Made by a program: the position numbers and the translations under genes. A stretch of 64,000 nt of DNA from IMG/VR virus record IMGVR_UViG_3300021255_000111; one strand, 5' to 3'. The DNA is from an uncultured virus (IMG/VR IMGVR_UViG_3300021255_000111) (lineage: Duplodnaviria > Heunggongvirae > Uroviricota > Caudoviricetes). Below, in pieces: positions 46,902 to 55,900 of the stretch; position 1 is the first letter of the stretch; every line of letters begins with the position of its first letter. The notes beneath the pieces are model-generated. The model did not search any database, was not told where the DNA came from, and worked only from the letters and a program-made list of their open reading frames with translations.

Positions 46902-47006
46902 CGAAAGCGTGTGTTGATGCACGTGACAGAACACTGAACGTACTGAACATTGCTCATGGTGCTTTACGTTGATGGTCTGCCTGTGTTCCACTCGCAGACC
47001 ATTTTT
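46902..47006 (+). ncRNA. Structured leader / candidate sRNA-2 with the CATTGCTC seed
   Basis: aacgta/tacgtt stem enclosing CATTGCTCATGGTGCTT; terminator atggtctgc/gcagaccat plus T tract. Confidence 0.55.
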
Positions 47007-47025
47007 AAACTAAAATTAAAGCAAA

Positions 47026-47760
47026 ATGAACAAGTTTTTCAGAAAAGTTCAAGATGTGCTGAAAACGAGAAAGGAGATTAAGGCGCTCGGGTTCAGCCGT
47101 AAAGAGTTAAAGGGTATCGCTGCCAAAGTTGCCGATAAACTTGACCTCGATGATGAAGCAAGTGACGAAGATGTTGAGAAAGCGATTAACGATGAGATTG
47201 ATGCCGTTATCCCTTTCCTTCAGACTGCACAGAGCCTTGCTGACCGCCGTCTCCAAGAGTACAAAGACGCTCATCCTGCCGATGACGATGATGACTATGA
47301 CGATGACCCTAACGACCCAGATGACGATGAGGGTGGTAAGAGTCCATCGAACAAGGGCAAGAAGGGCAAGGGCAACAAGAACCAGACTGCCACTGAGAAA
47401 CTCCTTGGTGAAGCATTGGAAGCCATCAAGGGTCTCAAAACCGAAATCGCTGACCTAAAGAGCGGCAAGACTGCAGACAGCAGAAAGGCCAAACTGGAGG
47501 CACTGGTTAAGGACACAGGCCGTTTCGGTGAACGTACTCTCAAATCTTTCGCCCGCATGTCGTTCAAGGATGATGATGAGTTCGATGCCTATCTGGATGA
47601 GGTACAGGAGGAACTTGATGCCGAGAACAAGGAGAGAACCGAGAAGGGTCTTGACAAGTTAGGCACACCCCCTGCCGTCAGAACGGATGGCGGACACGAA
47701 ACACACAAGGACGATGAAGTTTTGTCGGATGATGAGGTCAAGGATCTGGCCAAAGACTGA
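47026..47760 (+). CDS. Capsid scaffolding protein
   Basis: Acidic, coiled-coil, upstream of decoration and capsid genes. Confidence 0.7.
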   Translation: MNKFFRKVQDVLKTRKEIKALGFSRKELKGIAAKVADKLDLDDEASDEDVEKAINDEIDAVIPFLQTAQSLADRRLQEYKDAHPADDDDDYDDDPNDPDDDEGGKSPSNKGKKGKGNKNQTATEKLLGEALEAIKGLKTEIADLKSGKTADSRKAKLEALVKDTGRFGERTLKSFARMSFKDDDEFDAYLDEVQEELDAENKERTEKGLDKLGTPPAVRTDGGHETHKDDEVLSDDEVKDLAKD

Positions 47761-47795
47761 TTCTCTGCTATGTCAAACAATTAAAACCAAGTACA

Positions 47796-48218
47796 ATGGG
47801 AGCAAAAACCAATCTCGGTAAGAAGGATGCCACTCTGGTTGAAGCCGGACTGGATTCTGTTGTTATCCGTCATTATGGCTCTGGTATCACTGGTGGTCGC
47901 TCACTCGATATGACTGGCTTCACTGGTACCGCCATTAAGGCAGGTCACATGACCATCAAGACACTGGATGAGGATGGCAAGAACTACACGTTCAAGCCCA
48001 TGCCAGTTGCCCAGGACGGTGTTCACTATGCGGCCCTCCCTGCAAAACACGAGTATGCAGGTGTTGTGGTTGCCTCTAAGCCTGCTGACCAAGCAATGGT
48101 CGGCATTATGGATGATGGCCGTGTCAACGATGAGGCTATGCCTTATCAGTTTGCGGATGCTGCACAGCGTGCCGCAGTCAAGGCCGCTCTGCCTAACCTT
48201 ATTTTCGAACACGATTAA
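47796..48218 (+). CDS. Head decoration protein
   Basis: 140 aa between scaffold and major capsid genes. Confidence 0.6.
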   Translation: MGAKTNLGKKDATLVEAGLDSVVIRHYGSGITGGRSLDMTGFTGTAIKAGHMTIKTLDEDGKNYTFKPMPVAQDGVHYAALPAKHEYAGVVVASKPADQAMVGIMDDGRVNDEAMPYQFADAAQRAAVKAALPNLIFEHD

Positions 48219-48231
48219 AAGCAAGTAGAGT

Positions 48232-49566
48232 ATGAAAGCATCAATGTTTATTGAATGGATTAGTTCCATCTGGCCCAAACTGGGTCTCTATGTGAAGGAG
48301 AAGACTGCGCCCATCAAGCGTACCTATCTCCATAAGACCATGCTTCGCAAGGTGTATTCCCCCGACCAGAAGTGGGAGGGCACCAGTGCCAAGACTACGT
48401 ATGTAGCCGCTGACATGGTGGCAATGGATTCACCACTGCCCATCAAGAAGCGTGGAAGTATTGCTACCTCCAACGGTAAACTGCCGAAGGTAGGTATGAA
48501 GAAAATCATGCGTGAGACGGAGATTAACACCGTCAACATCATGAAGGCTCACTACGCAACAGCCACTACCGATGAGGCTAAGAAGGCTGAGAAGCGTCGC
48601 ATCCTCCAGAACCTCACCAACGATGGTGTTGCATGTTCTATTGGTATTGATGAGAAGAACGAGGCTAACTTCCTCACTGGTCTCTCTGACGGTGTTGTTC
48701 TCGTTGAGGACGAAGATAATACCGGCACAGGTCTGCGTGTTGACTACGGCTATCTGGATGAGAATACCTTTGGTACCATCGTCAAGGGCCACGTTAGTTA
48801 CGAGGACTTCGAGAACGTCAAGAAGAAGGCTGATGCTGACGGCAACACTATCGTCAAGGTAATGCTTGCCACCTCCAAGCTGAACGAAATCCGCAAGGAG
48901 CGTTGGGCTCGTGAGTTGGTTGCTGATGCCGAGGATAAGGTTTACACCGACACAACCACGCTCAAAGTACCTTCCAAGAAGAAGTTTATCGCTGCTCTGG
49001 AGGATGAGTTTGACATCAAGGTTGAAGAGGTTGACCGTACCGTCATCTTCGAGAAGAACGGCAAGCAGAAGTCTGTCAAGCCTTGGAACGCAGAGCGTAT
49101 CATCTTCCTGTGTAACGAGGAAGTTGGCTCTCTGGTCTATGGCACACTGGCTGAGGCTACCAATCCTGTCGAGGGTGTCAAGTATGCCACTGTTGATGAG
49201 TACAAACTTATCTCCAAGTACTCTAAGACCGACCCGCTGCAGGAGTTCACTAACGGCCAGGCTCTTGTCCTGCCTGTCATCGAGGACGTTGACCAGATTT
49301 ACATCTTGGACTGCACCGAGGATAAGTCTGCCGAGGTTGACACTACAGCCGAGGAAGCCGATACTGGGGATATTTACATCACCATCAACAACAAGAAGTA
49401 CTCTAAGACCGAAGTTGCTGCACAGTTGACGGCTATGGGTTACAAGACCTCTGCAACCGCCAAGGATGAAACCATCATGAAGAAGTTTAACGCTCTGAGT
49501 GATGAGGAAGAGGAAACGTTCCTCGCTGCCGTGACAGAGATTACTGAGGGCGGTGGTGGCAATTAA
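48232..49566 (+). CDS. Major capsid protein (lambda E-like)
   Basis: Size and position; 'GKLPKVGMK', 'RVDYG', 'SKTDPLQEFT'. Confidence 0.8.
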   Translation: MKASMFIEWISSIWPKLGLYVKEKTAPIKRTYLHKTMLRKVYSPDQKWEGTSAKTTYVAADMVAMDSPLPIKKRGSIATSNGKLPKVGMKKIMRETEINTVNIMKAHYATATTDEAKKAEKRRILQNLTNDGVACSIGIDEKNEANFLTGLSDGVVLVEDEDNTGTGLRVDYGYLDENTFGTIVKGHVSYEDFENVKKKADADGNTIVKVMLATSKLNEIRKERWARELVADAEDKVYTDTTTLKVPSKKKFIAALEDEFDIKVEEVDRTVIFEKNGKQKSVKPWNAERIIFLCNEEVGSLVYGTLAEATNPVEGVKYATVDEYKLISKYSKTDPLQEFTNGQALVLPVIEDVDQIYILDCTEDKSAEVDTTAEEADTGDIYITINNKKYSKTEVAAQLTAMGYKTSATAKDETIMKKFNALSDEEEETFLAAVTEITEGGGGN

Positions 49567-49579
49567 ACTCTGATGTGAT

Positions 49580-49906
49580 ATGGGAAAGACAGTCAAACAG
49601 GCACTGATAGATGCCATCCACTACCCGATACCTGTTGGGTTCGTAGAGAACACTATTATTGAGCGTCAGCTGAAGGATGATGACGAATACACGTATGAAG
49701 TCTCTCAGTCCAAAGAGTTCAAAGGTGCTTTGGCTGACTGTCTTTACTCTCTCCTGCAAGCCGTATCAGTCCATGAATCGGATAAGAGCGTAGGCACACT
49801 GACCGATAAGGACAAAGAGAGGCTTTTGGTTAGAATAAACGCACTTTATGAAGCCATCGGTGAGGACCATCCACTTGGTCAGCCGATGGTTTACATAGGA
49901 GGATAG
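49580..49906 (+). CDS. Head-tail adaptor (DUF6706-like)
   Basis: Position after the major capsid gene. Confidence 0.6.
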   Translation: MGKTVKQALIDAIHYPIPVGFVENTIIERQLKDDDEYTYEVSQSKEFKGALADCLYSLLQAVSVHESDKSVGTLTDKDKERLLVRINALYEAIGEDHPLGQPMVYIGG

Positions 49907-49909
49907 GAA

Positions 49910-50254
49910 ATGGCTGTACTGGACTTTGCCGCTCACTTTCTCGGTTATCTGGATTCCCTTTCAGAAGGTTATACAGACAGAAAAACTGGTGACTACGTTG
50001 ACGGAAAGGAGAAATGGATTGACAACTACTGTAGATGCGACATCGTACCTGCAGGACAGGCCAACCAGATTCCCATCCCAGACGGACAGGTAGAGACCTA
50101 TTCGTACACCATCTACAACCTCCCTCGCTCATGCCGAGAGTTCAAGTACGGAGATAGAATCCGTGTCAAGATGTACGGCAATGACGATGATGTGCGTGAG
50201 TTCACTGTCAAAGGCTTCCATCGCTATCAAATGCAGTGTAAGATATGGGTATAA
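49910..50254 (+). CDS. Head closure/stopper protein
   Basis: Position in the neck cluster. Confidence 0.55.
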   Translation: MAVLDFAAHFLGYLDSLSEGYTDRKTGDYVDGKEKWIDNYCRCDIVPAGQANQIPIPDGQVETYSYTIYNLPRSCREFKYGDRIRVKMYGNDDDVREFTVKGFHRYQMQCKIWV

Positions 50255-50727
50255 GGATGACCACCTCCACCTCTGCCATTGACAGGCTGTTCAAGAAATC
50301 GTTTGAGATTATCAAGAACGAAATCTTCATGGCCTTTGCCAAACTCGGTGAGGAATGTGTGGTAAAAATCCGAGACCGCTCACAGGACGAAAGTTGGTAT
50401 GACCACACGTCCAACCTGCGCTCTTCCATTGGCTACGCCATCTATGACTACGGAGTGAAACAGATTGAATCTGCCTTCAATGTTGTAGGAAGCGGCAGTC
50501 AAGGCTCCACGGAGGGAAAGCGCATGGTAGAGCAACTGGCAAGAGAATACACCAATACCTTTGCTCTGGTAGTGATAGCCGCCATGAACTATGCGGAATA
50601 CGTTGAGGCCATCGAAGGCAAGGACGTTCTTGCATCCACAGAACTCTGGGCCAAGGCAGAGGTAGATAAACGCCTCCAGAGGGCCAAGGAATCAGCGATA
50701 CGTAAAATCAATGCCCTACAGATATGA
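50245..50727 (+). CDS. HK97 gp10-like neck protein
   Basis: 'DHTSNLRSSIGY', 'MNYAEYVE'. Confidence 0.7.
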   Translation: MGIRMTTSTSAIDRLFKKSFEIIKNEIFMAFAKLGEECVVKIRDRSQDESWYDHTSNLRSSIGYAIYDYGVKQIESAFNVVGSGSQGSTEGKRMVEQLAREYTNTFALVVIAAMNYAEYVEAIEGKDVLASTELWAKAEVDKRLQRAKESAIRKINALQI

Positions 50728-51134
50728 AATCCGATATAGACATCAAAGATGACGTTTACAAGGTCATACTCGACAGCCCCCTTCACAAAGCCGTGACAGG
50801 AGAGTTGAGCAAGCGCAAGAGACCGCATAACTCCAAGAAGGAGGATATTGTTATCTCTATCCTTGCCAACGAGACCAAGCAGGCTCAGATGGCCTACGTG
50901 AATGTCAACGTCTATGTAGCAGGAAAGAATGTCAAAGGACAGGTCGAGGAAGATACGGTAAGGCTTCGTGCTCTCTGCCAACTCTCCTTTGAACTGTTCG
51001 AGAACGTCAAGGGCAAGGATTTCCGGCTGACAATCTCAGACGGCAAGTATGAGTGCGGTCAGCGTGTCATCGAGACCGACACAGGAGAGAATATCATCAA
51101 TAACAAATTGTTGTACCAAATCATTAACGAATAA
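50724..51134 (+). CDS. Tail terminator protein
   Basis: Position before the tail tube gene. Confidence 0.55.
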   Translation: MKSDIDIKDDVYKVILDSPLHKAVTGELSKRKRPHNSKKEDIVISILANETKQAQMAYVNVNVYVAGKNVKGQVEEDTVRLRALCQLSFELFENVKGKDFRLTISDGKYECGQRVIETDTGENIINNKLLYQIINE

Positions 51135-51139
51135 GAATT

Positions 51140-51814
51140 ATGAACAAGCCGATTGGTTGGGGTAAATGTAATATCATCGTCAAGGATCTGGACGTTGAGA
51201 ACTCCAAGTGGATAAAACTCCCTACCCCTAAAGAAGATTCAACTCAGTTGCAACCTACCAAGGGTGACAAGAAGGAGGCTACCGTTGAAGGTGGTGAGAA
51301 TGAGGACGTGAAGTACGGCAAGAACAAGTACGAACTTTCCTACACCATCCGCAGAAACACTGAGCGTAAGAAGCCCTTCACTGATGTTGATGGTGTTGTC
51401 GCTCACCGTTATGCTGTCTTTGTGCAGCCGGAGAACATCAATGTTCCTGGTCCTAAACTTGACCTCACCGTTGTCACTCTGGAGGACCCCTTCGATACTA
51501 CGGACGGTGGTCAGTTGACGTACACCCACGATGCACTGAAGCCCGCAAGCGGCAACACTGTTAAGTGGGCCAAGGCTAACATCGACCTCTCTACGTATGA
51601 GGAAGGTGCCGAGATTGCTGACAACGCCATCGTCTTTACGGACGTTGACACTGATTCAACCTCTGCAACATTCACAGCAGTTGACCCCGAAAGCACTGGG
51701 TATTCCAGTAAGAATCCTTCTGCGGAAGGCTGGTATATCAAGAACGGTACTCGCTACCTGTTGGCCGAGGACACCGCTGTTGTCGAAGGAACCACCTACT
51801 ACGTTCGTTCGTAG
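51140..51814 (+). CDS. Major tail tube protein
   Basis: Position and size; short C-terminal appended domain. Confidence 0.7.
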   Translation: MNKPIGWGKCNIIVKDLDVENSKWIKLPTPKEDSTQLQPTKGDKKEATVEGGENEDVKYGKNKYELSYTIRRNTERKKPFTDVDGVVAHRYAVFVQPENINVPGPKLDLTVVTLEDPFDTTDGGQLTYTHDALKPASGNTVKWAKANIDLSTYEEGAEIADNAIVFTDVDTDSTSATFTAVDPESTGYSSKNPSAEGWYIKNGTRYLLAEDTAVVEGTTYYVRS

Positions 51815-51857
51815 TCTCTCCTATCCCTTTGCCGCCTTGGGTCAACAGGCGGCACCT

Positions 51858-51930
51858 GCTTTGATAGCTCAGTTGGTAGAGCATTAGATTTTTAATCTGA
51901 GGGTCACAGGTTCGAATCCTGTTCAAGGCA
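51858..51930 (+). tRNA. tRNA-Lys(TTT), CCA not encoded
   Basis: Acceptor gctttga/tcaaggc, D arm gctcagttggtagagc, anticodon ttaga-TTTTTAA-tctga, T arm acagg-TTCGAAT-cctgt. Confidence 0.9.
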
Positions 51931-51952
51931 CACAAATCAAAATTGTCGCAGT

Positions 51953-52666
51953 ATGGATGATAGCATAAAGATAGTACAAGATATTGCCGATACCATCTTA
52001 GACCGCCCTAAAGGCTTCTCAGTGGGTCATCGGCATTTCTATTTATGGCCAGTCACTCTTGGCAAGATGTTCCTCACCCAGAGAATAGTGGAGCAGTTGG
52101 AGATAAACGCCCAGAACCTAAAGTTGAACCCCTACGTTGAGGCCCTTCGTCTTGTAGAGACCAAGAAGGATGACTGTTGCCTGCTTCTCGCCTACCATAC
52201 GCTAAAGACAAAGAAGGAGGTCAACAATACCACCACAGTCAAGGCAAGAACGAACATTCTGGCAAAGGAACTCGGTAATGATGACATCGCCACACTGCTC
52301 ATCCTCTGTCTGACATGGGATAAGACAGCAACCTTCATGCACCATACCAAGATTGACAAGGAACTGGAACGCATGAAGGAGGTCAGCAAGTGCAAGAAGA
52401 ATAAGAACACCTTCCAGTTCGGAGGCGTGTCAATATACGGCTCCATCATAGACCAAGCATGTGAACGCTACGGATGGACCTTCGATTACGTGGTATGGGA
52501 AATATCATTCATGAACCTGCAACTCATGTTGAAGGACAGCATCAAGTCAGTATATCTGACGGACGAAGAGGCCAAGAAGTGCCACGTGCCGATAGACGGA
52601 CGCTCCGTTGACGGCAATGACGCAGAACTGATGAAGCAGGTTATCAGCGAAGGCAACTGGGACTAA
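51953..52666 (+). CDS. Tail assembly chaperone
   Basis: Between tail tube and tape measure; 'ACERYGWTFDYVVW' gpT-like C-terminus. Confidence 0.7.
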   Translation: MDDSIKIVQDIADTILDRPKGFSVGHRHFYLWPVTLGKMFLTQRIVEQLEINAQNLKLNPYVEALRLVETKKDDCCLLLAYHTLKTKKEVNNTTTVKARTNILAKELGNDDIATLLILCLTWDKTATFMHHTKIDKELERMKEVSKCKKNKNTFQFGGVSIYGSIIDQACERYGWTFDYVVWEISFMNLQLMLKDSIKSVYLTDEEAKKCHVPIDGRSVDGNDAELMKQVISEGNWD

Positions 52667-52780
52667 CAGCCACGCCACACACAAGAAAAGGCATCATCGC
52701 ACAAGAAAGACATGAATAGGTGGGGGGATTGCCGTGTGACAAAGATGACACGAAAAAAAAGACGTGCGTGTGCGTGATGA

Positions 52781-52866
52781 TTCTCAGCGTTTCAGAGCCG
52801 CCTCCCTTGCAACTTATCCATCCCAGAGGTAAAAGCGTCACAGCGAGGCTGCAATGAAGTTCAAAC
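52781..52866 (+). repeat. Short intergenic repeat, copy E4
   Basis: ttctcagcgt...cccttgcaacttatccatcccagaggtaaaagcgtcacagcg. Confidence 0.75.
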
Positions 52867-52902
52867 GGAAAGCAACGAATAACAATATAACATCATATAT
52901 CA

Positions 52903-55900
52903 ATGGCAGGAATAAAATTCGACATTACTGGTGATAACAGGAACGTTCTGCAGTCCTTCAATGAGGTGCAGAGCGGTGTAAAGCAGATGCAGCGGCAGGT
53001 TGAGGATAGCGGTGCGAGCATAGAGGATATGTTCAAGCGTATCGGTGCTGTTGCAGGCCTCACCTTTGCAGGAGTAAGTGCAAAGGAATTTGTTAGGAAT
53101 GTGATGAATGTCCGAGGTGAGTTCCAGAAGTTGGAAGTAGCCTTCACCACCATGCTCCAGTCAGAGGAAAAGGCTGCATCGTTGATGAACCAGTTAGTAA
53201 AGACTGCCGCCATCACTCCCTTTGACTTGAAAGGTGTGGCAGACGGAGCGAAGCAACTCCTTGCCTATGGTATTGCAGCCGATGAGGTGAATGAAACTCT
53301 TGTTCACCTTGGAGATATTGCCGCAGGTCTCTCCATCCCACTTGGTGACCTTGTGTATCTGTATGGTACCACGATGGTGCAGGGTAGAATGTTTACGAAT
53401 GACTTGCGTCAGTTCCAAGGTCGAGGTATTCCCATCGCTGAAGAGTTGGCCAAGCAGTTCGGTGTTGCCAAGGATAAGGTTGGTGAACTGGTCACTGCAG
53501 GAAAGGTTGGTGCAGAGCAAGTCAAGAAGGCCCTCATGGATATGTCTTCCGAGGGAGGCAAGTTCGGTGGCCTTATGGAAGAGCAGGCTAAAACCATCAA
53601 CGGCCAGATAAGTAATATCGAAGATGCCATAGATGTGATGTTCAACAATATCGGTAAGCAGAATGAGGGTATCATCAACACTGCCCTCTCTGGCGTATCG
53701 ACACTGATAGAGAACTATGAAGCTGTCGGCAAGGCTATTGCCAGTGCCGTAGCTGTCTATGGTGTGTATAAGGCAGCGATAATGACCGTTACCGCCATGC
53801 AGGCACTACAGACTGCCGGTGTTGGTGCTCTTACTGTCGCAGAGACAGCCCACTATGGATGGATAGTGCTCGTTGAGAAAGCCCAGAAACTCTTGAATGC
53901 TACCATGCTGTCGAATCCGTATGTTCTTGTAGCAACAGCCATCGCAGGTGTTGTCGCTATCATGATGAACATGAAGTCTCAGCAGGATTTGATAAACGAG
54001 GCCGAGGAAGAGTACAACCGCAAGAAGGAAGAGGCTATTGCCAAGGAGGAAGAGCACAAGCGTAAGATTGAGGAACTGCTGTCTGTCGCAGGTGATGAGC
54101 AACTGTCAACAGAGAACAGAAGGCTTGCCCTCGTTCGTCTTGAAATGCAATACCCTTCCATCTTCAAGAAGTATGATACCGAGGCAGAGAAACTGAAACA
54201 TATTCTCGACATCAAGAACCAGATTGCCGAGATTGACGGAAAGAACTCTGTCAAGAATAAGAGCAATGAACTTGATAGCGTCAATGCCAGAATCAAGGAG
54301 TTGCAGGCTATTCGTGTCAACCGTTTCCTGTCTGAGCACGGAGGCTATGTCACCTCTGGACGTAACAGGACTGACAAGGAGAATGCTGAACTGACAGCCC
54401 TTCTTAGGAAGCGTGGTGAACTCCAGAACTCCATCAGTAAGGAGCAAGGTCAGTCCTACCTCGCCAACCTCACTGGAATCAGCAACGATGACCTCCAGAA
54501 GCAGATAAACGAGCGCAGGAACCTCCTTGCTAAGATGCAGACAACCGAGAAGAAGTATGGCCGTGTTCAAGCAGGTGGAGCGAAGGGAACGTATTCAGCT
54601 AATGAGTTGCAAGGTCAGTTGCAGATTCTCGAAGCAGAGCAGAACAAGCGTAATGAGGCCAAGTACACCCCTGCACAGCAAAAGGCAATGGCCAAGAAGG
54701 CTCTTGATGAGGCTAAGAAAGCCCTTGCTGACTTTGATAACTCCACAACCAAGTACACCACAGCCGAGGCAGAGGAAGCACGTAAGAAACTTACCGATGC
54801 CGTCTCTGAGGCTGAGAAAGAATATAAGAAGTTCGGTGGCAAGACAGGTGGCAAGAAAACCGACCCTGCAAAGACATTTAAGCAGGAACAGCGGTATACC
54901 GATCTTGAAGCAGAACTTGAAAGGAAGGCCAGTCGTGATGCCATCGACCTTGAACACTCCACAAGGCAGGCCGAGATAGACGCTATGGAGGAAGGTTCCA
55001 AGAAAACCATCGCTCAGATACGTCTTGACTATGACAGGCGCAAGGAAGAGATTGACAGGGGCTATGAGGACTTGCGTATCAGAAAGATTGAGGATGCCAA
55101 GAAACTCTGGGAAGCCAATCCTGCCAACAAGGATAAGGCGTTTGACGAAACCACCGTTGACACCTCCTACACCGATGCAGAGCGTAAGAACTACGAGGCT
55201 CTGCTAAAGGCCAACGAGACAGAACTGGCTCGCAGTCTGAAAGCCAAGACTGATATGGAGATACAGGCCATCCGTGACTACTTGAAGGAGTATGGCACCT
55301 ATCAACAGCAGAAACTCGCCATCGCACAGGAGTATGCCGATAAGATTGCCAAAGCCCAGAGGGAAGGAAACACTACCGAGGTAAATCGGCTTCGTGCAGA
55401 ACAGAGGGTAACTGAGGGTGATGCCAAGGCCAGAGAACTGGCAGGAGGCATTGATTTCAGTGCCGTCCTCACCAACGTAGGCAGTGTTGCCAAGGCCCTT
55501 GCTGAAGAGACCTACAAGCGAGTACAGGAATACAAGGGTACTGATGAATACAAGAACAGCAGTGCCGAGAGCAAGAAAGCCATATCCGACCTGGAGGCAC
55601 GTCTTATCGAGAACGGTGGCGCAGGTTCAGCCTCTCCACTCAGTGCAAAGACATGGGATGATGTCACCAAGGCCGCAGAGCGTTATGACAAGGCTCTGAA
55701 AGACCTGCAGGCAAGGACAATGGAGCACTCCCTTGCTGTTGAGGCTCGTAAGCAGGCCGAGGAACAGTTGGCTCTCACCGTAGAGGGAACGGAAGAGCAC
55801 CTTGACGCTCTCAATGCTGTCGCAGAGGCTATCAAGGAAGAGAATGCCACTGGCGATGCACAACAGCAGGCACAGGGTAATGTGCAGGCTGCAGGACAGG

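Noticed and set aside
48430..49617. Long antisense ORFs (48430-49617, 55627-56772, 11341-12207 and similar)
   Set aside because: Shadows of strongly codon-biased sense genes, with no recognisable motifs
51907..51924. 18-nt identity between the tRNA-Lys T arm and the attP tRNA fragment
   Set aside because: T arms are intrinsically conserved; insufficient to claim a secondary att site
51953..52666. Programmed frameshift in the tail chaperone
   Set aside because: G-like and T-like parts appear in one frame and no convincing slippery site was identified
54259..54270. AAGAGCAATG inside the tape measure gene (also CAGAGCAATG at 20823)
   Set aside because: Internal and out of frame; compatible with chance, so not counted as regulon members
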